A DNA stretch of 64,000 bases, from the NCBI GenBank assembly GCA_018371855.1, contig JAHAKD010000005.1, positions 84,928-148,927 of the forward strand, read 5' to 3'. Positions 17,412-28,987 of this stretch are shown piece after piece. The notes beneath the pieces are model-generated. The model did not search any database. It was not told where the DNA came from and saw only the letters and a program-made list of their open reading frames with translations. Each line of letters starts with the position of its first letter. Within the stretch, counting starts at the first letter, position 1. A program made the position numbers and the translations under genes. The DNA is from Clostridium sp. GTDB lineage: Bacteria; Bacillota; Clostridia; TANB77; CAG-508.

Positions 17412-17861
17412 ATGAGAATATCAGATTTAATAGAAGATTTTATAAAAGATATGTTAAAAACAGAAGACGAATTAGAAATACAAAGAAATGAACTTGCGGA
17501 ACATTTTAATTGTGTGCCTTCACAAATAAATTACGTAATATCCACGCGATTTAAACCATCACAAGGTTATTATGTAGAAAGTAGAAGAGGAGGTGGCGGT
17601 CACATAACAATAAAAAAAGTAAATATAACACAAAGTAATTATTTAATGCATATAATAACAAGCATTGGTGATACTTTAACTTCAAAAGAAGTAGATATTT
17701 TCATAAGTAATTTTTTATCAGACAATATTGTGACTAAAAAAGAGGCTAAACTTTTAAAAGTGGCAACAAGTGATAATGTACTTAATGTACCTATCGATAT
17801 TAAAGATAATTTACGAGCAAGAATATTTAAGAACATGTTAATAAATTTAGTAGAAGATTAA
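17412..17861 (+). CDS. ctsR: class III stress-gene repressor CtsR
   Basis: Conserved N-terminal MRISDLIEDFIKDML...QINYVISTRF and the glycine-rich RRGGGGHI loop. Confidence 0.92.
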   Translation: MRISDLIEDFIKDMLKTEDELEIQRNELAEHFNCVPSQINYVISTRFKPSQGYYVESRRGGGGHITIKKVNITQSNYLMHIITSIGDTLTSKEVDIFISNFLSDNIVTKKEAKLLKVATSDNVLNVPIDIKDNLRARIFKNMLINLVED

Positions 17862-17926
17862 TTGGCAGACGTAAATGGTCACCAACTAAAATTAGATATT
17901 TTAAATAATTTAAGGAGGTTTTTATT

Positions 17927-18499
17927 ATGAAATGTCAAAATTGTGGTAGAAAAGAAGCAAATATAAAATATACACAAATTATTAATGGAGTAAAAAAAGA
18001 AATGAATTTATGTGAAGATTGTGCAAAGGAATTAGGAATAGGAAGAGAACTTAACTTTAATATGTCTATGAATTTGCCAAGCTTTTTAGGTGGATTTTTT
18101 GATGAATATAATATGGATTCTTTTATTCCAACAATTGGAGCTTTAAGGGAAGAAGGATGCAATACATGTGGTACAACATATAACGAATTTTCAAATACAG
18201 GATTATTTGGTTGTATGGATTGCTATGATATATTTGCAGATAGATTAGATCCAATATTAAGAAATATACAAGGATCTAACAGACATGTTGGCAGAAAAGC
18301 AAAAAGTTTGGACAAATCTATTGTAAAAAATATGGAAGATAAAAAGAAAGAATTAGAAAAGAATAAAGAAGCAAAGAAAGAAAATAAAAAGACTAAAGAA
18401 TCATTAGAGGAAGAATTGAAACAAGCGATTAAAGAAGAAAGATATGAAGATGCAGCAAAAATAAGAGATGAAATTAAAAAAATTAATGGCGAAAAATAA
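17927..18499 (+). CDS. mcsA: McsA (UvrB/UvrC-motif protein, activator of McsB)
   Basis: N-terminal zinc-finger pairs CQNCG...CEDC, a second CxxC pair, and a C-terminal UVR motif (EERYEDAAKIRDEIKKI). Confidence 0.85.
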   Translation: MKCQNCGRKEANIKYTQIINGVKKEMNLCEDCAKELGIGRELNFNMSMNLPSFLGGFFDEYNMDSFIPTIGALREEGCNTCGTTYNEFSNTGLFGCMDCYDIFADRLDPILRNIQGSNRHVGRKAKSLDKSIVKNMEDKKKELEKNKEAKKENKKTKESLEEELKQAIKEERYEDAAKIRDEIKKINGEK

Positions 18500-18519
18500 T
18501 TCTTTAGGAGGTAATAAAT

Positions 18520-19536
18520 ATGCTAAATTGGTATTTACAAAGCGGAAAGGATTCTGATGTAATAGTAAGTTCAAGAATAAGATTAGCAAGAAATATATCA
18601 AACTATCCATTTGAAACGAAATGTAATGAAACAAAAAAAGAGGAAATAACCAAATTAATAGAAGAAGCTATTTCTGGAAATAAATATGGAATTAAACTTT
18701 TAAAATTAAAGGATATGGATGATATTACTATAAATAGTTTAATAGAAAAAAGACTAATAAGTCCAGATTTTGTAAAAGGTAAAGATATAGCAAAAGCAAT
18801 ACTTATAAATGATGAGGAAAATGTATGTGCAATGATACATACAGATGATCATATTAGTTTACAAGTATTTGGTGCTGGGCTAGAGTTAGATAATTTATTA
18901 AATTTAATTATTGAATTAGATGAATTTTTAGATGAGAAACTAAAATTTGCATTTAGTGAAAAATATGGATTTTTAACAGCATGTCCAATAGAAGCTGGAA
19001 CAGCAATGAAAGCATCAGTAATGGTGCATGTGCCAGCGCTACAAATTACAGGTAATATTGGAAAAATATTAGAAATAATAAATAATTTTGGTATGAATGT
19101 AACAGGAATTCATGGAGAAGGAAGTAAATCCGAAGGAGCATTGTATCAAATATCAAATAAACAAACTTTAGGAATTTCAGAAAAAGAGATAATAAAGAAA
19201 ATAAAATTAATAACAGATAAAATAATCGAACAAGAAAGAATTGCAAGAAAATATTTAGGCAAGAACAGACTAAATTTTGAAGATAAATTATATAGAGACT
19301 ATAGTATTTTAACAAATTGTAGAAAAATTTCAGAAAGTGAATGTAAAGATTTATTATCAACATTAAAATTAGGAACAGATTTAGGCATAATAGGTGAGTT
19401 AACAGATTTAAAGATAAATAAATTACTTCTATATACACAAGATGCAAATTTACAGAAGCTTTTAGGAAATAAACTAGAAGGAATAGACTTAGATGCCAAA
19501 AGAGCAGAAGTTATTAAGACAATTATAAACGAGTAA
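18520..19536 (+). CDS. mcsB: protein-arginine kinase McsB (ATP:guanido phosphotransferase family)
   Basis: Phosphagen-kinase-like catalytic domain (RIRLARNISNYPF...CP.E.GT). Confidence 0.88.
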   Translation: MLNWYLQSGKDSDVIVSSRIRLARNISNYPFETKCNETKKEEITKLIEEAISGNKYGIKLLKLKDMDDITINSLIEKRLISPDFVKGKDIAKAILINDEENVCAMIHTDDHISLQVFGAGLELDNLLNLIIELDEFLDEKLKFAFSEKYGFLTACPIEAGTAMKASVMVHVPALQITGNIGKILEIINNFGMNVTGIHGEGSKSEGALYQISNKQTLGISEKEIIKKIKLITDKIIEQERIARKYLGKNRLNFEDKLYRDYSILTNCRKISESECKDLLSTLKLGTDLGIIGELTDLKINKLLLYTQDANLQKLLGNKLEGIDLDAKRAEVIKTIINE

Positions 19537-19550
19537 GGAGGTAGATGTTT

Positions 19551-22004
19551 ATGACATATAAATTTACAAATAGTGCACAAAATGTATTAGAGATTGCAAA
19601 AGATATTGCAATAGACTTAGGACATAATTATATAGGAACAGAACATATATTATATGGTTTAACAGAAGAGGAAAATGGTGTTGCAAGTAAAGTATTAGAG
19701 AACCAAAACATAAATTCAGAAAATGTACTAAACGAAATAGAAAATTTAATAGGTAGAGATGAAGAACGAACTATAACGAATTTAGGTTTTACACCAAGAA
19801 CTAAAAGAGTGCTAGAAAATGCTTTTTTAGAAGCTAGGAAGCTAGATTCAGATTATATAGGAACAGAACATATTTTAATAGGAATAATGAGAGAAGCAGA
19901 TAGCATTGCAGTAAGAATTTTATTAGATTTAGGTATTAATCCACAAAAACTATATAATGAAATTGTAAAAGTATTAGAAGAAGATGAAGATATCAACATG
20001 CAAGATGAAAATCAAAATAGGAAACAAGGAAGTTTTAATTCTACACCAACATTAAATCAATATGGAACAGATTTAACTAAAAGTGCAAGTCTTGGAAAAT
20101 TAGATCCAGTAATAGGAAGAAAGAATGAAATAGAAAGAGTGATTCAAATTCTTTCTAGAAGAACTAAAAATAATCCTTGTTTAATTGGTGAACCTGGTGT
20201 TGGCAAAACAGCAGTAGTAGAAGGACTAGCAGAAAAAATAGTTCAAGGTGATGTACCAGAAATATTAAAAGATAAAAGAGTTGTAACAATAGATTTATCT
20301 AGTATGATTGCTGGTGCAAAATACAGAGGTGACTTTGAAGAAAGAATAAAGAAAGCTTTAAATGAGGTAAAAAAAGCTGGAGATGTAATATTATTTATAG
20401 ATGAAATTCATACAATAGTAGGTGCTGGTTCAGCAGAAGGGGCTATTGATGCAGCTAATATTTTAAAACCATTATTAGCCAGAGGTGAGATTCAATTAAT
20501 TGGTGCTACAACTTTAAATGAATATAGAAAATACATAGAAAAAGATAGTGCATTAGAAAGAAGGTTTAGTCCTGTAACTGTTAGTGAACCAACACATGAA
20601 GAAACCGTAGAAATTTTAAAAGGTATAAGGGATAAATATGAAGCACATCATAATATAAAAATAACTGATGAAGCTATTAAGGCTGCTGTAGAATTGTCAA
20701 GCAGATATATAAATGATAGATTTTTACCAGATAAAGCTATAGATTTGGTAGATGAAGCGTCTTCTAAAATGAGACTTTCTTCTTTAGAAGAGCCAGAAAG
20801 CTTGAAAGAGATGGAAGCTAAAATTGAAAAAATGAACCAAGAAAAAGAAGCAGCTGTAAAAGTTCAAAAATTTGAAAAAGCTGCAAAAATAAGAGATGAA
20901 GTAAATAAATTAAAAGAAGAGTTAAAAAACGAAAGAAGCAAATGGAAGGATAAAAAGACAAAAACAATACCAAAATTAACAGAGGAAAATATTGCTAAGG
21001 TAATTGCAAATTGGACTGGAATTCCAGCAGCAAAAATCACTCAGGATGAAAATAAGAAATTAAAGAATTTAGATAAAGAATTGCATAAAAGAGTAATTGG
21101 TCAAAATGAAGCAGTAGATGCGGTGGCAAAAGCTATAAGAAGAAGTAGAGTAGGACTTAAAAATCCTAATAGACCGATAGGCTCATTTTTATTCTTAGGA
21201 CCAACAGGTGTTGGTAAAACAGAATTATCTAAAGCATTGGCAGAAAACTTATTTGGAACAGAAGATGCTATGATTAGAGTAGATATGTCAGAATTTATGG
21301 AACCACATTCTGTTGCTAAATTAATTGGTGCACCTCCAGGATATGTTGGTTTTGATGATGGAGGACAATTAACTGAAAAAATAAGAAGAAAACCATATTC
21401 TGTAATATTATTTGATGAAATAGAAAAAGCTCATCCAGATGTTATGAATATGTTGTTACAAATTCTAGAAGATGGTAGATTAACAGATAGCCAAGGAAGA
21501 ACGGTTAACTTTAAAAATACAGTAATAATTATGACATCAAATATAGGTGCAAGATTAATTACAGAAAAGAAAGCTTTTGGTTTTACTAATTCGGAAGAAA
21601 ATGATGAAGTCAAGGAATATGAAGATATTAAGAAAAATGTAATGACAGAATTGAAGAAACAATTAAGACCAGAATTTATAAATCGTATCGATGATATTAT
21701 AGTATTCCATAAATTAAATGATGAAGAAATAAATAGCATTATAGATTTACTATTAAAAAATGTAGAGCAAAGATTAGTAGAGCAAGGTTTAAATATTAAA
21801 ATTGATAAATCTGTTAAAGAACTAATTGCTAAAAAAGGTGTAGACAAAGAATTTGGTGCTAGACCACTTCGTAGAGCAATACAAAATATCGTAGAAGACA
21901 AATTAGCAGAAGAAATATTAGATGGAAATATTAAACCTGGACTAGAAGCTAAATTAGTTGTTAAAGATGATAAGGTGGAATTAAAAGTAAGAGCGACTAA
22001 ATAA
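19551..22004 (+). CDS. clpC: ATP-dependent Clp protease ATP-binding subunit ClpC
   Basis: Two Clp-N repeats and two AAA+ modules ([18 protein letters not shown]). Start chosen at the second ATG (9-nt spacing from GGAGG); an alternative ATG is at 19545. Confidence 0.93.
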   Translation: MTYKFTNSAQNVLEIAKDIAIDLGHNYIGTEHILYGLTEEENGVASKVLENQNINSENVLNEIENLIGRDEERTITNLGFTPRTKRVLENAFLEARKLDSDYIGTEHILIGIMREADSIAVRILLDLGINPQKLYNEIVKVLEEDEDINMQDENQNRKQGSFNSTPTLNQYGTDLTKSASLGKLDPVIGRKNEIERVIQILSRRTKNNPCLIGEPGVGKTAVVEGLAEKIVQGDVPEILKDKRVVTIDLSSMIAGAKYRGDFEERIKKALNEVKKAGDVILFIDEIHTIVGAGSAEGAIDAANILKPLLARGEIQLIGATTLNEYRKYIEKDSALERRFSPVTVSEPTHEETVEILKGIRDKYEAHHNIKITDEAIKAAVELSSRYINDRFLPDKAIDLVDEASSKMRLSSLEEPESLKEMEAKIEKMNQEKEAAVKVQKFEKAAKIRDEVNKLKEELKNERSKWKDKKTKTIPKLTEENIAKVIANWTGIPAAKITQDENKKLKNLDKELHKRVIGQNEAVDAVAKAIRRSRVGLKNPNRPIGSFLFLGPTGVGKTELSKALAENLFGTEDAMIRVDMSEFMEPHSVAKLIGAPPGYVGFDDGGQLTEKIRRKPYSVILFDEIEKAHPDVMNMLLQILEDGRLTDSQGRTVNFKNTVIIMTSNIGARLITEKKAFGFTNSEENDEVKEYEDIKKNVMTELKKQLRPEFINRIDDIIVFHKLNDEEINSIIDLLLKNVEQRLVEQGLNIKIDKSVKELIAKKGVDKEFGARPLRRAIQNIVEDKLAEEILDGNIKPGLEAKLVVKDDKVELKVRATK

Positions 22005-22255
22005 TAAAATAGGAATTTAGGGTGTATTCTTACATGCAGGGAGTAACTATTTATTATGATAATTGAGCTTGGTACATTGTTCAGAGTAAGGCTCTTATGT
22101 GAAAACAGAGACTGGGGAGTAATAGCAAATGCAAAAACTTCCCAGTTTTTGCATTATATAGTGTACATAATAATGTAAGTGAAATTCAAAATCTATGATT
22201 TTTATACTAATAATAAAAATAGCCCGTGCTTTTATTATAAAACACGAGCTGTTTT

Positions 22256-23008
22256 TTATTTATTATTAATTAAATCATTCATATTATACATTCCATTTTC
22301 TTTATTAACTATGTATTTACCAGCCATAACAGCACCATTTGCAAAAACAGTTCTAGAATAGCATTTATGTGTTATTTCTAATGTTTCGTGTTCACCAAAG
22401 AATTGTACTGTATGTTCACCTACAATATTTCCACCTCTAATAGAAGAAAATCCAATTTCTAATTTATGTCTTTTTTCATGTTTGTTATGTCTATCAAATT
22501 CATAAACCATTTGATTATCTTTAGCAGAATTAATACTATCAGCTAAAAATAAAGCTGTTCCACTTGGACTATCTATTTTTCTATTATGATGTGTTTCTAT
22601 AATTTCTATATCAGTATCTGGCAATTCTTTTGCTAAAGAAGCTACGATTTTAGCCATTAAGTTTATATCATATGACATATTGGCAGATTTAAAAATAGGA
22701 ATGTCTTTGGAATAATCTTCTATTTCTTTTAATTGTTCATCCGCAAAACCAGTTGTAGCAATAACAACAGGAACATGATTTTCTTTAGCATATTTTAAAA
22801 TATTTAAAGTAGCAACAGGAACAGAAAAGTCAATTATAACATCTGGTTTTTCTTCTATTTCTGAAGTATTTGTATAGACTGGGTATGTATAAATTCCAGT
22901 ATTTTCTTTATCAACACCACCAAGAAGTAATACATCTTTATCAGAATCTATTACATTTGCAACTTCTTGTCCCATTTTACCATTTATTCCATTTATTAAT
23001 ACTTTCAT
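22256..23008 (-). CDS. dapB: 4-hydroxy-tetrahydrodipicolinate reductase
   Basis: MKVLINGINGKMG N-terminus and the E(I/T)HHNRKIDSPSGTA motif. Confidence 0.9.
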   Translation of the reverse strand: MKVLINGINGKMGQEVANVIDSDKDVLLLGGVDKENTGIYTYPVYTNTSEIEEKPDVIIDFSVPVATLNILKYAKENHVPVVIATTGFADEQLKEIEDYSKDIPIFKSANMSYDINLMAKIVASLAKELPDTDIEIIETHHNRKIDSPSGTALFLADSINSAKDNQMVYEFDRHNKHEKRHKLEIGFSSIRGGNIVGEHTVQFFGEHETLEITHKCYSRTVFANGAVMAGKYIVNKENGMYNMNDLINNK

Positions 23009-23070
23009 TTTTAATTATATCCTTTCTATATCGCCAAAGGTAATTAGATTATTACTAGTGATAATGCAAA

Positions 23071-23613
23071 TTAAAATCTTACAAAAAAGATAGTTAAAAA
23101 AATATATGCATATCTATAAATCATTCTTAATTTATATTTCTTATTTAAATATTTAAAAAACTCAACTGTAGCACAATATTTGTCTACAAATGTTACTATA
23201 TAACTTTCCATATATTTAGGGAATTTTATAGTTAAAGGCCACATATGTTTTACAATTACGTCTTTCTCTAATTCATTTAACGTGAAATTTTTTAAAGAAT
23301 TTTTTAATGCGATTTTAGGATGAGAAAAAGCATGTAATTCCTTAAAAGAGTTAACATTTCTAGGTTCATGCCAATCATATAAAAAGAAATCATGAAGCAT
23401 TGCAGCGCGAGTAGCAGAAAAATAATCTAGTTTGAATTTTTTACATATTAAATAAGTATAATATGCAACATGTAAGCAGTGATTATAACATGACGTGCTA
23501 GAATGTTGCATATAATTATTCATCTCTTTTACCTTTTCATTTAAGCGAATATCATTTATTATATTTTTAAATTCTAAATAATTTTCTTCATTTTTTAATT
23601 TTTTAAAAAACAT
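23071..23613 (-). CDS. HD-domain phosphohydrolase
   Basis: H...HD motif (HVAYYT...MLHDFFLYDWH). Confidence 0.6.
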   Translation of the reverse strand: MFFKKLKNEENYLEFKNIINDIRLNEKVKEMNNYMQHSSTSCYNHCLHVAYYTYLICKKFKLDYFSATRAAMLHDFFLYDWHEPRNVNSFKELHAFSHPKIALKNSLKNFTLNELEKDVIVKHMWPLTIKFPKYMESYIVTFVDKYCATVEFFKYLNKKYKLRMIYRYAYIFLTIFFVRF

Positions 23614-23699
23614 TTATTCACATCCCATAAAATTAATATTTACTCCTAATATATATTATATCATCCAAGAGTTATTATGTGAATAAAGTTAATTAAATC

Positions 23700-24590
23700 T
23701 TAACAATTAATTAATCCAAAATTTTTTAAAGAAGTTTTTAATTTTTCTTGATTTTTTTCAGATAATCTAACTAATGGAAGTCTAGGAACTCCAAAATTAT
23801 ATCCAATCATATTTAAAGCTTCTTTTACAGGGATAGGGTTTACCTCGCAGAATAAACTTTCTACTAAATCTATTGCATCTAATTGCATTTGTGTTGCCTC
23901 TGCAATATTTCCATCAAAGAAATTTTGAACCATATCATGTGTATATTTTGGTGCAACATTTGAAAGAACAGATATAACACCAAGCCCACCTAAAGATAAA
24001 ATTGGAACGATTTGGTCATCATTTCCAGAATATATATGTAAATTGTCTTTACATAGAGATGCAATTTTTGCAACTTGTGAAATATTACCACTAGCTTCTT
24101 TTACAGCTACAATATTTGGGATTTTAGAAAGCTCTAAACAAGTTTCTGGAGTAATATTTACACCTGTTCTACTAGATACGCTATATACAATTATAGGTAA
24201 AGAAGTAGAAGTAGCTATTGCTTTATAATGTTCTACTAATCCTGCTTGAGTAGTTTTATTATAATATGGTGTTACAACAAGTAGTGCGTCTGCTCCAACT
24301 GATTCTGCATATTTAGACATTTCTATTGCAGATGCAGTATTATTAGAACCTGTTCCAGCAATTACTGGAATTCTACCATTAACCTTATCTATAGCATATT
24401 TAATGGTATCTTTCTTTTCTTGTTCTGTCATTGTAGAAGATTCACCAGTAGTACCACATACTATAATACTATCAACACCTTCCGAAATTTGAAATTCTAT
24501 TAATTTCCCAAATTCTTCAAAATTTACGCCATCTTTGGTAAATGGTGTGGAGATGGCAGTACCACAACCTTTAAAAATAATTTTTTTCAT
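23700..24590 (-). CDS. dapA: 4-hydroxy-tetrahydrodipicolinate synthase
   Basis: GTTGES, catalytic K in AVKEASG, and a TIM-barrel pattern. Confidence 0.9.
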   Translation of the reverse strand: MKKIIFKGCGTAISTPFTKDGVNFEEFGKLIEFQISEGVDSIIVCGTTGESSTMTEQEKKDTIKYAIDKVNGRIPVIAGTGSNNTASAIEMSKYAESVGADALLVVTPYYNKTTQAGLVEHYKAIATSTSLPIIVYSVSSRTGVNITPETCLELSKIPNIVAVKEASGNISQVAKIASLCKDNLHIYSGNDDQIVPILSLGGLGVISVLSNVAPKYTHDMVQNFFDGNIAEATQMQLDAIDLVESLFCEVNPIPVKEALNMIGYNFGVPRLPLVRLSEKNQEKLKTSLKNFGLINC

Positions 24591-24742
24591 AATAACATCT
24601 CCTATAGAGATTTTTTAGCCTATATAATTATATGTAGCTATTTTCTATGTTATTATATGATAAAATTAGTAAAAAATAAATAATTTATGGAAAAAATATA
24701 TATAATGATATATAATTATTAACATATAAAAGGAGGAGAACA

Positions 24743-25186
24743 ATGACAGCATCTCAAGAAGATTATTTAAAATCAATATATATATTAATATTACATAAAA
24801 ATGAAGCAAGGGTTACAGATATTGCAGACTATTTGCAAGTTAGTAAAGCAAGTGTAAATAGAGCATTAAAATCACTAAAAGAATTAGAACTTGTGGATTA
24901 TGAAACATATGGAGAAATAAAATTAACAGAAAAGGGAAAAGAAGAAGCAACTAACATTATAAAAAAACATAATGTCTTAAAAGCATTTTTAATCCAAATT
25001 TTAAATGTTAATAGCGAAACAGCAGAAGAGGAAGCAAAGAAAATGAAACATGCTATTTCAGAAGATACTGTAAATAAATTTTCTGACTATATTAAAAGTA
25101 TTATAAAAGTAGATGAACTAAAATGTAACTATAGTCCAGAAAATGAGAGATGTCAAAATTGTATAAAGTTAAAAAAGAAAAAATAA
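24743..25186 (+). CDS. DtxR/MntR-family metal-dependent transcriptional regulator
   Basis: N-terminal HTH (EDYLKSIYIL...VTDIADYLQVSKASV) and metal-binding helices. Terminator AATCGCAAATATATTTGCGATT follows. Confidence 0.75.
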   Translation: MTASQEDYLKSIYILILHKNEARVTDIADYLQVSKASVNRALKSLKELELVDYETYGEIKLTEKGKEEATNIIKKHNVLKAFLIQILNVNSETAEEEAKKMKHAISEDTVNKFSDYIKSIIKVDELKCNYSPENERCQNCIKLKKKK

Positions 25187-25249
25187 TCGCAAATATATTT
25201 GCGATTATTTTTAACACTAAAAAAATTGGTAATGGAAAAAAGAACGTTC

Positions 25250-26242
25250 CTAAATCCCTATCAATTTTTCCACTATTTGTATTGCATTAGATGCAGCACC
25301 TTTTCTTATATTATCTGCAACTACCCAAAGGTTGACACCATTTTCAACACTAAAGTCTCTTCTAATTCTTCCAACAAAAACTTCGTCATGACCAGTGGCG
25401 TTAGTTGCTAATGGGTAAATTTCAGAAGATGGATCATCTTGAACAATTATTCCTTCAAAACTTTTTAATGTTTCTACTAATTCAGAAAGGTCAAATGTTT
25501 TTTCAAATTCAACATTTATAGATTCACTATGTGAATTTTCTACTGGAACCCTAACAGTGGTTGCAGTTATTTTTAAATCTGGTTTCTTTAAAATTTTTCT
25601 TGTTTCGTTTATCATTTTTATTTCTTCTTTAGTATAACCATTTTCTGTGAATACATCTATATGTGGTAAACAATTATTATATATTGGATATGGAAATTTT
25701 TCTAATTTGTTAATTCCTTTTCTACCATTTTCTAAATCATTTAATCCTTTTTGACCTGCACCAGAAACAGCTTGATATGTAGAATATACTATTCTTTTTA
25801 TTGTATATTTATTATCTAAAGCTTTTAATGGTAATACAGCTTGAATAGTAGAACAATTTGGATTTGCAATTATTCCATGATTATTTATAATTTCCTCTGG
25901 ATTAACTTCTGGTACAACTAATGGCACATCTTTATCCATTCTAAATGCACTACTGTTGTCTACTACAATACAACCTTTAGACGCTGCAATTGGAGCATAT
26001 TTTTTAGCTGTTTCACCACCAGCAGAAAATATTGCAAAATCAAAACCTTCGTCAAAAGAATGTTCATTTAATTCCTTTATAACGTATTCTTTATTCATAA
26101 AATTAACTTTTTTGCCAGCAGATTTACTTGAGGCAAACAAAACGTATTCACTAATTGGTAGTTTTTTCTCTTCTAATACTTTTAGTGCAGTTCTACCAAC
26201 TACACCTGTAGCACCTACAATTGCTAATTTGTAATTTTTCAT
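25250..26242 (-). CDS. asd: aspartate-semialdehyde dehydrogenase
   Basis: LAIVGATGVVG, active-site NPNCSTI, and AVSGAG. Confidence 0.9.
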   Translation of the reverse strand: MKNYKLAIVGATGVVGRTALKVLEEKKLPISEYVLFASSKSAGKKVNFMNKEYVIKELNEHSFDEGFDFAIFSAGGETAKKYAPIAASKGCIVVDNSSAFRMDKDVPLVVPEVNPEEIINNHGIIANPNCSTIQAVLPLKALDNKYTIKRIVYSTYQAVSGAGQKGLNDLENGRKGINKLEKFPYPIYNNCLPHIDVFTENGYTKEEIKMINETRKILKKPDLKITATTVRVPVENSHSESINVEFEKTFDLSELVETLKSFEGIIVQDDPSSEIYPLATNATGHDEVFVGRIRRDFSVENGVNLWVVADNIRKGAASNAIQIVEKLIGI

Positions 26243-26394
26243 ATTAAGCACCTCGGCTTTTAGTAATAACAAGAATTATAGTTATAATTTCTTATATTAC
26301 ATATTATATTCTAAAGTGTAAAAAAATGCTAGTTAAAACTAACAAATATATGATAGAATGTTGTCGAAATACAAAAGATATAGGAGGGGATTAA

Positions 26395-28350
26395 ATGAAA
26401 AAGAAAATAGCAGTAATAATAGCTATATTATTAGTAGTTGCTTTTGTTATTGGAATTACATTATCAAATCTAAGATTTGAAGGAGATCTAACAGAAATAA
26501 GTTCAGAGAAACAATTGCAAAAAATAGTAGATAGAGATAATTTGGCGGAAGATATTGCATCGGTTTTTATATGTCCATTAATAGCAGTGCCTACCCGTAG
26601 TTTTTCGGAAAAAATTATAGAAGATGCGAGTTCTAATGAACCGTATAATGGTGGGCTTGAACTAGACGACATAACTGTTGATGAAAGTAATGAAAAAAAT
26701 AGTGATTCTGTATTTTCAGGTACGACTACTGACTCAAGTAAATCAACTTACTCAACAACAAATATACAAGTAGAAAATGTGGATGAGGCAGATATAGTTA
26801 AAACAGATGGGTATTATATATACTCTATTGCAGATGACACAGTTTATATAACATATGCAAAGAATCCAAACGAAATGAATATTGTAGCAAAAATAGAAGA
26901 GCCATTAAGTAGCCTATATCCAGAAGATTTAATACTGCAAAATAATAAATTAATAATTATATCTGGTAATACTGCTAAAACAGTTGTTAAAATTTATGAT
27001 TTGTCAGATATAGAAAATCCAAATAAAATAAAAGAATTCGAAATAAACAAAGAATATTATACATCAAGATATATAAATGGTAACTTATATGTAATTTCAT
27101 CAGGAAGAATAAGAGATGAAGGTAATTTAGAATATGTGGAGGATGGAGCTACTATAACTCCAGAAAAACCAAATGCGTATAAGATAAATGATTTAAACAC
27201 AAGTATGCAGACAATTATAGCTTCATATAATTTGAATTCACCAGAAAATAAAATTAAAGTTCAATCATACTTAATGGATGTTGAAAATGCATATATTTCA
27301 GAAAAAAATATGTACTTGATTGATAATGGATATAGTGGAAGCAGAAAAGTAGAATTTACAGATATATTTGGAATAAAAGGTCTTTTGGGTATTGGAGATG
27401 CCATTCAAGGAGATAATAGAACATATGGCACTAATATATATAAATTTAATTTTAAAGAAGATGGAAGTGTAGTATATCAAACTAAAAACCAGCTTGTAGG
27501 AACAACAATAGACCAATTTTCGCTAGATGAAAAAGATGATAATTTAAGAATTGCATTATATACAACAAATGGTTCAAGAGTAGTAGTGTTAGATAATGAT
27601 TTAGAACAATTAGGAGAAACAGAATATCTTGCTAAAGGTGAAAAAATGTATTCAGCAAGATTTGTAGGGGATAGAGCATATCTGGTAACATATAAAAATA
27701 TGGATCCATTGTATTCTATAGATTTAAGTGACCCAGAAAATCCAAAAGCTTTAGGTACTTTAAAGATTCCTGGATATAGTACATATTTGCAGCCATATGA
27801 TGAAAATCATATTATTGGTTTTGGATTTCAAACAGAAGAGACTGTTAAAAGAAATTCATTAGGAAGAGTTACTTCAACTTCTGCAAAAGTTATGGGAATG
27901 AAAATGGCATTATTTGATGTTTCAGATATAAATAATCCTAAAATGATATCAGAGGAAGTAATTGGAGATGCTAGGACGAATTCTACTGTTTTAGAAAATC
28001 ATAAATCTCTATTATTAGACAAAGAAAGAAATCTATTAGCAATTCCTATAAAAAATTATACGACAGATTTAAGTGTTACAGAAAACGATGATATATTTTC
28101 TGCAACAAATTTATATACAAGTTACTTAAAAAGTAGAACATATAATAAAGTTGGATATGCAGTATATAGCTTGGATATAGCAAATGGATTTAATTTAAGA
28201 GGAATAATAACACATGATGTTAATTCAGAGGACTATACTTCAGATATTAGAGGTTTATACATAGATGATATATTATATACTGTTTCAAATAAAGAAATTA
28301 AAGCAAATAATATAAATACATTAGAAGAAATAAAAGAGATTTTGTTTTAG
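26395..28350 (+). CDS. membrane-anchored secreted beta-propeller-domain protein (Beta_propel-like)
   Basis: N-terminal TM anchor and a long Asn/Tyr-rich repetitive beta-strand region (TDGYYIY, GNLYVIS, GDRAYLVTY). Confidence 0.4.
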   Translation: MKKKIAVIIAILLVVAFVIGITLSNLRFEGDLTEISSEKQLQKIVDRDNLAEDIASVFICPLIAVPTRSFSEKIIEDASSNEPYNGGLELDDITVDESNEKNSDSVFSGTTTDSSKSTYSTTNIQVENVDEADIVKTDGYYIYSIADDTVYITYAKNPNEMNIVAKIEEPLSSLYPEDLILQNNKLIIISGNTAKTVVKIYDLSDIENPNKIKEFEINKEYYTSRYINGNLYVISSGRIRDEGNLEYVEDGATITPEKPNAYKINDLNTSMQTIIASYNLNSPENKIKVQSYLMDVENAYISEKNMYLIDNGYSGSRKVEFTDIFGIKGLLGIGDAIQGDNRTYGTNIYKFNFKEDGSVVYQTKNQLVGTTIDQFSLDEKDDNLRIALYTTNGSRVVVLDNDLEQLGETEYLAKGEKMYSARFVGDRAYLVTYKNMDPLYSIDLSDPENPKALGTLKIPGYSTYLQPYDENHIIGFGFQTEETVKRNSLGRVTSTSAKVMGMKMALFDVSDINNPKMISEEVIGDARTNSTVLENHKSLLLDKERNLLAIPIKNYTTDLSVTENDDIFSATNLYTSYLKSRTYNKVGYAVYSLDIANGFNLRGIITHDVNSEDYTSDIRGLYIDDILYTVSNKEIKANNINTLEEIKEILF

Positions 28351-28364
28351 TAAGGGGGATAAAT

Positions 28365-28628
28365 ATGGGAAAAGTTTATGAAAAAGAAGTAAAACATTAT
28401 TCTGGAATGCCAGCAGCATCTTTAACATTAGGCATTATATCTATACTTACAATTATATTTTGGTATATGTCTTTAATTACAGGAATTTTAGCAATAGTTT
28501 TTGGAGTAAAATCTATACATAGAACTAATAGTAAATTAGGAAAAGCAGGAATGGTATTAGGTATTATAGGTGTTTGCTTATGTTGTTTTATATATTTATG
28601 GTTTATACTTGCAATTTTAATGCAATAA
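28365..28628 (+). CDS. DUF4190-like small membrane protein
   Basis: Two TM helices with Gly-rich packing. Confidence 0.5.
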   Translation: MGKVYEKEVKHYSGMPAASLTLGIISILTIIFWYMSLITGILAIVFGVKSIHRTNSKLGKAGMVLGIIGVCLCCFIYLWFILAILMQ

Positions 28629-28633
28629 AACTC

Positions 28634-28662
28634 TTGCAAAATGAAAAAATCATGGTATAATA
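28634..28662 (+). promoter_or_regulatory. promoter TTGCAA-17-TATAAT for the ileS leader
   Basis: Consensus-like hexamers ~30 nt upstream of the T-box Stem I. Confidence 0.45.
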
Positions 28663-28667
28663 ATTAC

Positions 28668-28920
28668 ATCATAAAAAAAGACAAAATGAGGATAACACAG
28701 TTATAAATTAGTCTTTAAGAGAGCTAGATGTATGCTGAAATTCTAGTAAGATAAAATATAATTGTTATCACCTTATATGTTGCAAAACTGAACTAATAGT
28801 AAGTTTTGTCGTATGTTCTGCGTTAAAGAAATTAGAGAGAATAACGTAAGTTATTAAATTAGGTGGTACCGCGGAAATTATGCCCTTTTCGTCCTAAACA
28901 GGATGAAAAGGGCTTTTTGA
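28668..28920 (+). promoter_or_regulatory. T-box riboswitch leader (candidate Ile specifier AUC) with terminator
   Basis: AATTAGGTGGTACCGCGG T-box, then GCCCTTTTCGTCC-n-GGATGAAAAGGGC + TTTTTG. Stem-I AGAGAG/AGUA elements; AUC-A in the candidate specifier loop. Confidence 0.85.
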
Positions 28921-28987
28921 TTGATTTCGCAAACTTAAATTTATTTAAAGTGAAATCCTTAATAAAAATAAAGAAGGAGGAATTAGA

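Noticed and set aside
24591-24742. Possible lysine riboswitch (L-box) upstream of dapA or asd
   Set aside because: Upstream regions are only ~150 nt, AT-rich, and lack the conserved GC-rich L-box helices. No riboswitch is called.
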